A stretch of 61,766 bases of DNA, the filler included, from Basidioascus undulatus (taxonomy: Eukaryota), in NCBI GenBank assembly GCA_000826855.1. It is 11 parts of 11 records of this genome, joined end to end, with 100 filler letters (N's around TTAATTAATTAA, not from the genome) between each part and the next. Parts side by side here need not be neighbours in the genome. Positions count along the whole stretch, not along the records: positions 1 to 24,540 come from JTLS01000236.1; positions 24,641 to 28,290 come from JTLS01002360.1; positions 28,391 to 32,040 come from JTLS01002361.1; positions 32,141 to 35,788 come from JTLS01002362.1; 7 more parts are not named here. One strand, 5' to 3'. The translations under genes were made by a program, and so were the position numbers. Under the pieces are notes generated by a model, which ran no database searches, was not told where the DNA came from, and worked only from the letters and a program-made list of their open reading frames with translations. Positions within the stretch are counted from its first letter, which is position 1. Every line of letters starts with the position of its first letter. Positions 23,550 to 35,788 of this stretch are shown here, piece by piece.

Positions 23550-24540
23550 ATGTTCAGGTCAGACTGGACCTAACCTCCAAAAGACCTCCATCTGACAGCT
23601 CAGCCCATATGCCCCCAGAAATACCTACGACAGCGACAACACCGTCTTCAGCCCCCAGGGGCGTCTGCACCAGGTCGAGTACGCGCTTGAGGCCGTCAAA
23701 CAGGGCTCCGCGGCCGTCGGCATCCGCAGCAACACCCACGCCGTCCTGCTCACCCTCAAGCGCTCCACCGGCGAGCTCGCGAGCTATCAGCAGAAGCTCT
23801 TCAAGATCGACGAGCACATCGGCATCGGCATTGCGGGGCTCACGAGCGATGCACGCGTCCTCTCGTGAGTTCGGCACACGATTACAGGAGGGCGAGAGAG
23901 GCTGAGAAAGAGGGTGTGGGGTCACTCAGGAACTACATGCGGCAGCAGGCGATGCAGAGCAGGATGCTGTACGCCCGGCCGTTGCCAGTGGGGAGGTTGG
24001 TGGGGCAGATCGCGGAGAGTGCGTCTCTTCCTCTCCATATCCTCCTTACACACCCCAGCTTACCTCTCCCATACTTCCAGAGGCGCAAATCAACACTCAA
24101 CAATACGGCCGGCGGCCATACGGTGTCGGCTTCCTTGTCATCGGCTCTGATGTGCGTCTTCCTCCCCCGAGCTACCCATCTCTCCTCGCGTGCACTCATG
24201 GTGGTTGAACAGGAGCGTGGACCCCACCTCTACGAGTTTTCCCCGGCGGGCACGTCCTTCGAGTACTTCGCGATGTCTATCGGCGCGCGCAGCCAGTCGG
24301 CTAAGACATACCTGGAGCGCGAGTACGAGCAGTTCGCGGATGGTGCGTCTTCTCTTGCGCATCCTAGGGCGCAGGGCGGGCGTAGGACATGGGCGCTTGA
24401 TGCTGAATCTGGTGTGGATTGATCGGTTCAGCAAACATCGAGCAACTCATCAACCACGGCCTGCAAGCGCTGAAAGCAACGCTGCAGCAATCCAAGACTC
24501 TCACCCCTCTTAACACCTCGTGCGTCCCTCTCCCCTCTCC
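23550..24540 (+). CDS. PRE5: 20S proteasome subunit alpha type-1 (alpha6), 3' truncated by contig end
   Basis: [37 protein letters not shown]...[11 protein letters not shown]...[15 protein letters not shown]. Confidence 0.97.
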
Positions 24541-24640
24541 NNNNNNNNNNNNNNNNNNNNNNNNNNNNNNNNNNNNNNNNNNNNTTAATTAATTAANNNN
24601 NNNNNNNNNNNNNNNNNNNNNNNNNNNNNNNNNNNNNNNN
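24541..24640. other. Artificial contig linker N44-TTAATTAATTAA-N44. Also at 28291, 32041, 35789, 39516, 43241, 46953, 50662, 54366 and 58067.
   Basis: The same 100-nt spacer, with stops in all six frames, occurs ten times. Confidence 0.99.
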
Positions 24641-25088
24641 CGCCCGCTCAACCCGTCTCCGCCCCTCCTCCTCCTCCTCCTCCTGCTTGTCCTCGTCGAG
24701 CGTGAAGTCAAACACGCCCGGCGTGGGCGCGGTGATCGCAGCGGGCTCGGGCATGGCGTCGCGTGGCCGCGGGCTCCAGATGAATTCGGGTTCGGCTCCA
24801 CAGTCGCCAGCGAAGGGGTCCTGTTCGACACCCCACGCCCGCTGCTCTCTCTCCCGCGCGCTCGCCGCGCGGTTCTTCATGATGGTGTGGACGCGCTCGA
24901 GCAAGCTGCCGAGCTCGTCGAGGCGCGTCTCGGCTTGGGCGTGTCGCGCGTGCTCGTCGCGGGCGAGTTGCTTCAGGTCTGCGTCGAGCTGCAAATGGAG
25001 GCTGAAAATTGAGAATCCAGCGGAGTGTGTGCGATGGTGTTGGGTACCGTACTTTGGAAAGAACAGCGCGCAGCTCGTCATCTCGCAT
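24641..25088 (-). CDS. Hypothetical coiled-coil protein fragment (start uncertain, 3' truncated)
   Basis: MRDDELRAVLSK, a GTACGG..TTGCAG intron, then LDADLKQLARDEHAR... with GC3-biased codons. Confidence 0.5.
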
Positions 25089-25992
25089 CGCAGACTGGGA
25101 CGCGACTGAGGGAATGGCGGGTCGACGCGTCGCACAGGGGGCGCTGCAGGGGCTGGAGATTTCATCTCTTGCATAACACAGTAAGTTGAATGGCCCAAAC
25201 GTACACGCCGTGTGATGCTGCGCTGTAAACTGTGTGAGTGAGCAGGACTAAGATGATGGTGGGCGAGAGAGACCTCTGAAGCGGGGCAGAAGCGCGAGTG
25301 CCGCGACCGTGTTGACCGTCATCTCGCTGAGCATTTGTCTCCTCCAATATTCTAGGAAACTGTTTGAAGAGCTGTTGATGGCTAGGCTGGGATCGATCAG
25401 GATACTTGGACGCAGCTGTGCCGCGGGATCCAGGGGTTCTGTACAACCGTGGCGCTTGGATAAGTTGTTTACATACAGACAGGTATTGGAGGGTCCTTTT
25501 CCGACTTCTCGCGAAAGAGCAGGGCGCTCGGGCCGACACTGCAACAGCCGCAGCCTGCGTCGCGTACATAGATAAATCCTGTTAATCCCTTCCTCATCCT
25601 GTCGTCGTGCGTATCAACTTATCATGCGGGGAATGATTTATTTGGCTAAATCTGCTTCCTTTCCGTCCTGTAAGTGTCTTGTGATGTTTGCCAGCTGTAC
25701 TGGCCACCGACGTTGTCGCAGCGTTGGCCCGGCATCAACGCCTCTTCCGCTGGAGGTGGCAGAAACCTGTCCGCTTATCTGTCTGTTTGATTGTTTGATT
25801 GTTTATAAAGAAGAGAGATAAAAGGTTCCACAAGCTCGTCGCACCAGCTTGGCGCTTCTTTCCTGTCCAGTTCGTCCCGTTGCCTGCCTTCCCCCCTCCC
25901 CTCCCCCGAACATCCAAACCAAAGTCACTCCGGCTCTCATATGACTACCTCACACCCTATTAGCTTGCTTCCCGCCTCTTCTCATTCTCCCC

Positions 25993-26428
25993 ATGGACCA
26001 CCGCTTCCTCGGCGTCCTCTTCCTCTTTCTCCTATCCTTAGTGGCAGCCGTGCACGTCCCCAAGCGTCCAGATATCGGCGCGGACTTGGTCGACCTCGGG
26101 CTAGTATTGGTGGACGTTGTGGTCGGTGGGATTAAGTTAAAGAAGCAGTAAAGAAGGCCACAAGAACGAGGTGAGTGGCATTGATAGCACTGCGTTGAGG
26201 CCCAGAAAAGTTGCGCTGACCTCGAGCTGGATGGACACTTCCATCGACCAGGTACCTCCGCCTCCGCCTCCGCCTCTTCCGTTCACGTGCAACTCGAACA
26301 ACTTCTACCAGGCGAACCCGGGGGTGCAGCGGGTTCGCGTTCTCGAACGAAGGGCGCTGCATCTTCTTTGTAGGGTACACTGGCCCCATGCCGGGCGGGA
26401 TCTGCCCCAGCGGTGACGGACGCTGAGC
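25993..26428 (+). pseudogene. Small secreted Cys-rich protein (PAN/apple-like), disrupted
   Basis: Signal peptide MDHRFLGVLFLFLLSLVAA, then an in-frame TAA near 26147. A GTGAGT..CAG intron, poly-Pro and NPG(fs)CSGFAFSNEGRCIFF follow. Confidence 0.45.
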
Positions 26429-27180
26429 ATTACTGGGGTTCCCAACGGGCCAGCGTTGTCGGCGCAGGCCCTTGCACCGGAGCGACATCCATCCCTTGAG
26501 CTTGCACTCCTCTGCTACCCCATTCAACATATTACCCATTTCATTCTCATCGATTACTTGAATTATTATATCTCTCCCGCACTATTCTATACACCCTACA
26601 CCATCTGCTTTCTGATCCGACATAATACCCGTTCCCTTATCACAGATTTTCTGTATATCTCTCCCCGACACTGCTCTGCCTTTTGTGACCATTTCATCAA
26701 TGTCCTTTATGATATCTGTGGACCTTGCGGCAACTGCACCGTGCTGCCCTGGTGTAAGGCCAAGAAAATGTTACCCAATTTCGAATGGTGACATCCGACG
26801 TCAATGTGAACTGCTACATGACAGCTGCACCATCGCTTATACAAAGAGAGCATGAACCTCAACTTTGCGTTCAAGATCATATGCTCGTAGCGGTGGTCCC
26901 GCAGGGACTACTATATCGCTGCAGCGGACGTCGGATTCAAGCGAAGGGAAGATTTGATTACGAAGGACTGGTCATATCCGGTGATAGCTTTACGGAACGC
27001 CTACAGTATTCCTTCGACTGAGAAAGAAGCAGGTTGCAATGCGGCTCAGATAGACTGTACCTTACGGGGATTGGGGGAGCCGACCGCCCAACGGTCACGG
27101 ACAGCGGCGGTTCTGATTCGTTGCTGACTCTTTCCAAGGCACAGAAAGAGCGCGTAAGAGCTACAAAGACCCGGCGTTCA

Positions 27181-28190
27181 TTACTGGAGCATACCGACGT
27201 TGCCAACCACCCCATCCTCCAGCTTAAATTCCCGCTGCCACGTGCCTTCTTGGTCATGAAGTGGCAAGAACTCGCAGGAGCACCGGACAAACGAGCGAAG
27301 GAGCGGCAGTCGCTGAGCAAGCCGCTGGACCTTCATCTGCCTCCGACACGCAGGGAACAGAGCACCCGCGTGCGTACGAGTGAGCGCGTGGTGCCCGTAA
27401 ATGCTGAAGTCATCGTCCGGGTGCTGGATATCAGCCGTAATGTTCTCAAGTTGGGGTGCTAAAGCGAGCACGTCAATCGCTTCCAACAGAAGGCACCCGG
27501 GAAGATCCCACCATGAGAGCAGGATGCGCGCGATCGACGCGATCTAGACGAAGCGCTGCAGGTCCGCTTGCGGGGCGGCGGCCACCGTAGGCGCTGTCCC
27601 CATCCACCCACCGTCAATGGGAAAACCCGAGCTCGGAGGGATCAGAACGCACCCGTGCAAGTTCCCGAACTTGCTATCCTCCCACGCGCAGTACCGATAC
27701 GCATCGATCAACAGACATACGTCTCCTGCCTGGACATGCCCTTAAAGCGGTCCACGCCCTTCCGGCCAGCCTCGTACGACGCCGACCCCGGGCGCCCGAA
27801 GGGGTTCATCATGTCCACGCCGTCGCGGTTCATTGCGTTCCAGTTGAACACAGAGTGGTCGAACAGCCCCGAGGATCTCAGGATCTCCTCCGCCCGCCGC
27901 TGGCCCTCTGCCCAGCACGATGTCGACGTTCTCCGCACCCCCGCCTGCCCGAGGAGGCGCGAACGCGGACGCGGGAGAGGACCGGCTCAGGCTCAGGCCG
28001 GAGTACTAACCGCAGTGCTTACGCCTCCCTGCCCCTCGCCTCTCTCCTCGCGCACACCTCCCCCAACCCCTTCTGTCTCCCCCTCCATCCTCTCTCCCAA
28101 CCTTCCTCCCCGCCCACCCGCATCCCCACTCGCACCCGCCACCCAACGTCCCGAGAAGACCGAGAGGCGCATCGGCCGTCCTGGAGGAGG
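27181..28190 (-). pseudogene. Disrupted intron-containing gene, possibly F-box/LRR-like
   Basis: GC3-biased exon EEILRSSGLFDHSVFNW..., then introns GTATGT..TAG and GTGCGT..CAG. A TAG near 27544 precedes the in-frame VLALAPQLENIT..LAQRLPLLRSF. Confidence 0.45.
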
Positions 28191-28408
28191 AGCGGGAGGA
28201 TGGGGAAGAGGGGAAAAGGGGAAAGGGAGGGGGGAGGATAAGGGGGAGCTGGATAGGGAGTTGGAAGAGTATATGCGGGAGGGGAGAAGANNNNNNNNNN
28301 NNNNNNNNNNNNNNNNNNNNNNNNNNNNNNNNNNTTAATTAATTAANNNNNNNNNNNNNNNNNNNNNNNNNNNNNNNNNNNNNNNNNNNNACAGCATCGC
28401 ACAGCCTG

Positions 28409-30617
28409 TCAGACAGCACTCCTTCCCCTCCATTCCCCCGCATTGCTTTGAGGCATCGCCTTCTTCTTCCCCCTCCCCATGCCCTTCCCAGGCATCCGTT
28501 CCTTCTCCCTCCTCCGCTCCTCCCTCTCCTTCCTCCTCTCCTGCTTCTCCTTCACCTCCTTCCTCTTCCTCTCCTCGCGCTCCCTCACTTCCTTCTCAAA
28601 ACGCTCCACCTCCCGCGGGCACGCCATGCGGAGCAGCGCGCTGGGGACCCAGATCCTCAGCGCCTTGTGGGGGTCCTCCGGCGCTTTGGCAGGGGCGTCC
28701 TCAGGTGCGGTCTTCAGCTCAGCGAGAGCAGGATCGTTCCGCTCGCGCGCGAGACGGAGCGCACACGCGTCCCCGGTGAGGCCGGCCTCGGTCGCAAGGA
28801 CGTAGTGAGAGGGCTTGATCGAGACACGGTACTCGAGGAAGCGCGCGTGGGTGGACCGGTTCCGCGTGGAGTGGATCGCGTCGATTAGCGCTGCCGGGGC
28901 AGGCAAGGCCGGCGCGGGCGGGGGCGCAGCGGAGGATGAAGACGGTGGGGTGGAGGGAGGGTCGCGCGTTGTGTCCTCGCGCGAGCGCGCTCCGTCCTGC
29001 GCCAAAACGACGCCCCGGAGCGCGCGCACAAACATCCCTCCCCAGCAAGCGTTCCTAAACCTTGCCACAACCTTCTCCCTCGTCCCCCACTCAAAGTAGT
29101 CCTCGCAGAACCGGGCGAGCGCGCCCAGGTCCGGCTCGCCCGCCCACGCTATCCGGGGCGGGACGGGGCTCTCAGTGGTGAGCGGGGAGAGGTAGCGCTT
29201 GAGAATCTCCGGGTCGGGGAAGGACTCCGGGATGGAGGATGCCAGCGCGGGGCGCTTCGAGGAGAGGTACCCGCGCGAATTGGTCCGCAGCTCGTCGCGC
29301 AGAGCGTCCCGCCATTGCGCGAGGAACGCGGGGTGCGAGGACGGGGGGAGCGTGCGGAGATTCTGCAGGAGCGTGTCCCCGAACCCGGCTTGCGCGAGCC
29401 CGAACGCGTTCTTCACGCCGCACTTCTCTAGACCGGCCTGATCATCCTCCCTCCTTCAGCTTGCGTGTCTCTGGATGTGACAGAGAGTGAGGGAGACGCA
29501 CAGGATGGTAGTCCCCCCCGCTCAACAGCGCAACGAGGATGAGCCCGTCCTTCGTAACGCCCACCTCGGGCACGCTCTCCACATCGACTATGTTGTATAG
29601 CACGACATGGTGGTCGTCCGCGCTGCAGCCGTCGTCCGCGCCCGCCCCGCCGTCGGGCTCCGCGTCATCCGACGAGTCGGCCCGCTTCTTCGTGCCCTTG
29701 TGGTGCGACTTCGTGCCGGAGAGGTTGGCGGACCAGCTGCCGGAAGCGGAGGGAGTGGGTAAGTAGAGCTTGTGGGGGAGGAGGAGGGATGGGGGTGGGG
29801 CCAAGACATACTTCCGGAGGATCGCGGTTCCTCCGAAGAGGAGCGCGTCGACATCGTCCGAGAGGATGTAGTCGATCTCGCCGAGGCGGGAGAGGTACGC
29901 GAGCTCCGCCTCGGCCTCTCCGGGGGCCTACCGACCGACACCCACCCAGCTTCACTTTCTTCTCTGCCAAAGGGCATGGTGATCCACGCACGTTGAGGTA
30001 CTCGAACCCGAACGCCTTGACCATCTTCTTGAAGTCCTGGACCGCCCGGGGAACGGAGCCCTGGACGTACTTGCCGCGCTTCATCTTGGGCTGCTCCTCT
30101 CAGATCGCTTCAGTGTGTCTGGTGGTGATGGGAGGGATGGTTAAGAATGGCGTGACGGACCCGGTTCGGACCGTCGAAGACGAAGAGCGGGAGGATGGGG
30201 AGGGAGAGCAGCTTGGCGAGCTTGAAGAAGAGCGTGCGGAGGACGGGGTTGAGGCCGCCTGGAACTGTGCTGGCGTGGACGAACCAGATGCTGTGAATCG
30301 AACGTAACAAATACAAAGTGTCAGTTCCGAAGAGGAAGACCGTGCAGCTGGAGGCCTCCAAGTCGCCGAATCTCCTGCGTGTTGTTGTGCTCCCATCCGC
30401 CTCTTCACTGGATCGAGCAGGCTCACCTAGCGTCCACCCCTACCCTCAGCCCCCTATACCCGCCCTTATTCTCCATAAACGTGCCCATCGCGAGCCGGGC
30501 GAGCGAGCTCGACTCGGCAGCCGGGCGGAGATGCTGTCGATCCTCCCTCCAGTCAGTGCACCCTCAAGCAGCGCGTTAAGGGAGGATACACACATCCCAT
30601 AGGCCCGGGACGCCCAT
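28409..30617 (-). CDS. YEN1: Holliday junction resolvase Yen1/GEN1 (XPG/Rad2 family)
   Basis: MGVPGLWD, RVGVDASIW, LFVFDGPNRPKMKRGK, APGEAEAELAYL..IDYILSDDVDALLFG, LILVALLSGGDY, CGVKNAFGLAQAGFG. Confidence 0.92.
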
Positions 30618-30707
30618 CTCCGTATGCGATGCAAGAAGGTGTTGGATCCAAAAAGGTTGAAAAGAAGACGGTGTTGGGGAGAGAGGTAGGGTTGGCCTCG
30701 AGTTCGA

Positions 30708-30735
30708 ACGCGTTTTAACACGCGCCGGGGACGCG
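30708..30735. promoter_or_regulatory. Three MCB-like ACGCG(T) boxes in the divergent YEN1/C9orf78 promoter
   Basis: ACGCGT at 30708, ACGCG at 30720 and ACGCG at 30731. Confidence 0.45.
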
Positions 30736-30888
30736 GAACCTCACAGGAACCTGGTCGTCTTCGCACCATCATCGACTACGCTCGCTTTCTTCTCATCTCA
30801 TTGCGCTCGCTTCTCTTTCTTGAAACCTTCCACCTTGACATCTTCACACATATCCATCGCACACATATACACGGCTCACACCCCAGCA

Positions 30889-32040
30889 ATGCCCGACCCC
30901 TCGCCCTCCACGTCCGACGCCCCCGCCGCGCCACTCTTCAAGAAGCGCACCGCCCGGCGACCCAACACGATTCGGGAGCGTGCCTCCGCGTCCGCGACGC
31001 CCGAGCCCGCCGCCGAATCATCCGCCGCCGGCGAGGAGTCCCCATCGTGAGCCGCCGCTCTCTCCTATCCATGCACCGCGCCCGCAGCGGCTGCTGACGT
31101 CCGGTGGAGTGCCCCCTAGCGAGACGCTGGAGGAGATGCTCGCGCTGCGCAAGTTCAAGCGCTCCGGCGGCCCGGGCATCGACACTGCGCGCCTGAACAA
31201 GGGCGACGACAAGGGGAAGCGGAGGAAGGTCGAGGTGGAGAAGAAGGACGAGGGCTCGTGGAGCAAGGACGAGGGCGGGATGGTGGATAACATGGCGAAG
31301 CTCAAGGACGCGTGCGTGCTACGTCTAGGTCTGGGGTGGGTGAGGGTGGAAGCGATGCTGATGAACTTGGTTCGGGGGGATAAAGCGCGATTTCCAACCC
31401 CCAGGACAAGATCATCAAGGGCAACAACTTCACGGGGCAGACGAACGCGCTTGATGTCGACAAGCACATGTGCGTCCCTCCTCTCCTCCTCCTCCTCCTC
31501 CGCTCCCCCGCGCCATGCTGACGTCCCCGCCGCCCACAACAGGATGGCCTACATCGAGACGGAGCTGCGCAAGCGGCGTGGCGGCGCGTCCGGGTCGGAG
31601 GAGATCACCGCCGCGCGCGTGCGGAACCCGCACGACGAGCTGTACGCGATCGCGGAGCGCTATCGCGTCCAACAAGCCAAGCCGGTGGAGGAGGGGAATG
31701 TCACAACGAGCATGGCGATGCTTACGCAGATCCCAGAGGTCGATTTGGGGATGGAGTGCGTGCCCCTCTCCCCTCTCTCCCCCTCCCCTCGTCTCCGGAC
31801 TTTGTTGTCTAGGGGGAAGGTCGCTGATGCGGTGGGACGGGAATAGGAACCGACTCAAGAACATCGAGGCGACCGAGAAAGCGAAGCGTGCGCTGGCGGA
31901 GCAGCGCGCGAGGGAGGCTGCCACGCCGACGCCCCCGCCCGAGGAGGGGTACACGGCTGCTGCGCGCTGTTCGTCCATTCCTTCCCTCTCCCTCCTCTCC
32001 CTTCTCCTCTTCCCCCGCCCATCTCCCCCTCTCGTTCCCT
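30889..32040 (+). CDS. Splicing factor C9orf78/Tls1 (Hep59 family), 3' truncated
   Basis: FTGQTNALDVDKHMMAYIETELRKRRG...MLTQIPEVDLGMENRLKNIEATEKAK. Confidence 0.92.
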
Positions 32041-32140
32041 NNNNNNNNNNNNNNNNNNNNNNNNNNNNNNNNNNNNNNNNNNNNTTAATTAATTAANNNN
32101 NNNNNNNNNNNNNNNNNNNNNNNNNNNNNNNNNNNNNNNN

Positions 32141-32814
32141 TCTTCTCCACCTCGACCTCCATCTTCTCCTCCTCCCCCTCCTCCTTCTCCTTCCCCATCT
32201 CCGCGGGCGCGGGCTTCGGCAGCGCGAACTCGAACGTCTTCACGCTGGGCGCCGCGACGGCAGCCGCCGCGCGCGGGGCGGAGGGCGCGGAGCGCGCCGG
32301 GGGGGAGGCGGACGTGGAGGGCGTGGGGGTCGGTGCGAGGGAGAGTAGGGTGTGCGTGTGCGTGGTGGAGTATGGGGACAGGGACACGAGCATGAGATTC
32401 TTGACGTTGCGCGGGCGCTTGGAGTTTGAGGGTGTGGGCGGCGGTGGAGCGAGGGAGGAGGCGGCGGAGGAGGGCTGACGGGAGGACGAGTTGGGGATGG
32501 ACAGTGTCGGTGGGCGAGGGTAGGAGGGCGCGGTGCGACAGGAGGGCGTATCTGGGAGGGAAGAAGCAAGTCAGGACGGGTGTTCCAACGCTCAAACGAC
32601 CCTCACCTCCGTCGCTCTTTCGCTCCCGACCAGTACTCGGCGGCAAGGACTCACCTCGGTTGTTGATATGCAGGTTCAGCGTAGGCGGGGGCGCCCTCCT
32701 CCGGCCCTGGCTGCCCACGCTGCCTGTCCTCGGGCGTTCGACCCGGAGCGGGGCAAGCTGCTCGCCTGCGCCAGAGGGGAGCGCGGGCACAGCGAAGGTC
32801 ATAGAAGCATCCAT
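32141..32814 (-). CDS. N-terminal fragment of a MAPK-docking protein (possibly Msg5/Rok1-type dual-specificity phosphatase)
   Basis: Spliced sequence MDASMTFAVP..RRRAPPPTLNL..KRPRNVKNLML. No catalytic domain is present before the contig ends. Confidence 0.5.
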
Positions 32815-34329
32815 TTCGGAGTCGGAGTCGGTGTCGTGTGGTACTGTGGGTATGGGAGGGTACGTCCGGGATCGCAAGCAGCCAGCGCTTGGGGTCGGAC
32901 GAGGACGAGGACGAGGGTGATGGGCGAGGGGAGAAGGGTTCGTCGGGCTTGGTGTGGATATCGTCTTCCTCGGCGTCTGTTCTGTTCTGCGTGACAGCGA
33001 CGGCGACAATCAACATGAGCGGCGGGGGGGAGTTGCACGCGTATTTGGTATTGCGGAAGGGGAGGCATACGGGTTATGAGCGCGGAGAAGGGGGGGTAGG
33101 GACGACGGGAACAAGCCACCGCAGGAGGATTCCGATTCCGAACGCTGCGCCTCCTCCTTCGCTTCGATAATCGAGAATGCTGTGAAATATGGGGCGTGGG
33201 CAGTAGAGCGCACTGGACGGCAGCAGCTCGTCGTCGTCGTCGTTGAAGGAGAACGAGCAGGCGGTGCCGATGCTCTCTTTGTTCCGCACCCAGCAGCTCG
33301 TCAGGTTCTTGACGCAGGCGCCGGCTCGCGTTTCAGCGTTTCATCTCGTCTGATCTGAAACACGCCCACCTTCACTCCTTTTCATTATTCACACCCAGGC
33401 AGGCACAGCATTCCTTGCCTCCCAGCACGATCATCATCACCACCTCACCACAATCGAAAAGCTGCTGCAGCAGAACAGACGAATTAATGGGCTGGGTAAA
33501 GCAAGGCAACGCTGAAACGCCGATTGGCCCGCGCGGGCCGGACTTCCGTTTGCAATCCCTCCCCCCCGCTCCTGCTTCATTTTCGCCTGCAGATGATGAC
33601 TCTAGCGTGCATGGATGATTTTGGATGATGAAGTCGAAGGAGTGGGGGAGTGCGGAAGGGCGTGCTGATGTGCGGGCGTGCCTGACGATCTTGTAATGTG
33701 GGGACCAGGTTGGCAAGGGAATCCCGAGGAATCCTCGTTGCAAGCAGATTACCGCGAGATTGCTGATTGTTGGTGAGGTTGCTGAACGAGCTAGCTGGGC
33801 GGGTTTGAGCGCTCCACATTTGTGTTTGTGTACACGAATGCTGAGAGAAGAGGCAGAGGCGAAGGGTAGGTGGATGACAGTTGGTCGTGTCTGATCATCA
33901 TTGATGCACTGCAGGCATGGCTGAGGCAGAGAACAGCACAGCAGCAGCGTCATGACGAGGCCCCAATCTCGAGCGATGGCGGTCGACGTCGACAGCAGGA
34001 GATCGGAAGGGTGCCCTGATGCACTGCAGCAAGCTGCAGCCTGAGTTGGCTCGACGGAGGGGATCGTCGAAGTCGGGCATTCCACCTGCCCGCGCAGCTG
34101 TGCCATGTGCAACCACCGACATCGTGAGCAGACGGATTCCTACAGCGTTGGGGAGCAGTACATTCACATGACTGTAGCCGTAGATGAGAAACACAAATAG
34201 TATCGGACTGCTGATCATGTTGGGCAGTGAGTGCAGTACTGTGTTGTCGTCGCCAGCCCCTGAATGCTTCGGCTTTGAGAGAACGCTTCAATCTGCACCA
34301 AGTAAGTTGATCTAGGTTGGAGTACTACT

Positions 34330-34849
34330 TATATCACCAAATTATCCCGCTGGAATGGGACGCACAGTCCACTGATCAAGCAGTCGGAGTGTTTAGACCT
34401 CGCTTCTTCCAGTCGTGGCACAAATCCCGGCAGAGCTTCTCTTCTCCCCCTGCTGAACCAAGCTGAGAACCTCGGACAAACATTCAGTGGCGATTCTAGT
34501 ATACGATTATCAGACGAGGTGATGTGCACGTTTGGAAGGCTTGAGCGGCTTGCAGCCTGGCTGGCCGGACGCAGCGCAGTGTCTGAGTGCCCCTCGCGTG
34601 CTTTGGCATGAGCTGAGCCCAAAGGACTTCAGATTTCCAAGTAAATGCACAAGGTCTCGATCCCCGTACCTTGCTCATTTGGAACTACACATTCTTCTAG
34701 CTCGTCAACCCGGGCCAGTCAAGGGAAGACTGCCAAACGCTGCATGGCTGGAGACCCTCGAAGTCCAAGAGGCAGTCCATTGGAAGCCCAGTGGCGTGGA
34801 CAGGGCGCGTAATACTCTTGTCTACATCTCTTTCATTGTGATGATATAA
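34330..34849 (+). pseudogene. LRR-like gene relic
   Basis: LLPLLNQAENL..FGRLERLAAW and YLAHLELHI..WLETLEV lie in different frames. Confidence 0.3.
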
Positions 34850-34987
34850 AAACTCTGAAGATTTATTTGCAGCCCCAGGAGCGCTGAAGGAGGCCGCCCT
34901 ATTGATGGCGTCATTTCACGCGGGTTTCGCGTCCCGATAGCGCGATTGAGCTCAGGCATGCTGACTGAGCTCACTCTTCTCCCTCAG

Positions 34988-35788
34988 CCCTCGTCCCCTT
35001 CGCCCTCCCCCACGCGCGGCCGCCAGGCCCCCGCCTCCTCCGCGGCCGCCGCGTCTCGCGACCCCAGCTCGAGTGGGAGCAGCAGCAGCATCATCTCGAC
35101 GCTCTCGCTCGCAACCGCGCGGCGTAAGACGTGGAGCTCGAATGCGAGCGCAAGCTCCGTCGACAGCACCGGCGGGAGCAGCAGCAGCACGAAGGGCCCG
35201 CCGCCGTACGAGGATGCGTGGGCGTGGGACGGCCAGGGCCCGAGCACGCCCTCTGCGGCTGAGGGCCGCCTGACCTGCAACCGCCCGCCCCCACCGCCCC
35301 CGTTCGTGCTCGAGTCGACGGAGCGCGCCGGCCTCAGCGAGAGGCACTTCCCCCGCTTAGGCGCCCAGCCGCAGCCAAGCTCACGCTCGGGCTCGTCGGC
35401 GGATGAGGAGGAAGAGGAGGAGGGTGGACCGCGTCAGGTGCGTTCGATCTTCGCTTTTCCCGCCGCTCTTGCCTTGCCACAGTCCAACTAACTGGTAGTG
35501 TGTTGCCCCATAGCGTCTCGTCTCGACGCTCTCCGCGCGGCTCTCGCAGGCCGAAGAGCACGTGCGGTACCTGCAGTCGCAGATGCCTTCCTACCCGCAC
35601 CCGCACGCGTCGCCCTCCCCCTCCGCCGCGTCGCCGTCCTACCTGCCCTACCCGCCCTCGTACGCCCCACAAATAGCGTACCGGCACTCGTATCCCGTCC
35701 CCTCCCCGCAACAGCAGCACCTCTCCCCCCTGCACCGCGCACACGCACACGCCCGCACAACGTCCCCGCAGGCTCGTGCTCGTTAACT
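34988..35788 (+). CDS. Hypothetical Ser/Pro-rich protein with PPPY motif and short coiled coil (partial)
   Basis: GC3-biased ORF. A GTGCGT..TAG intron near 35438-35513 is followed by RLVSTLSARLSQAEEHVRYLQ. Confidence 0.55.
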
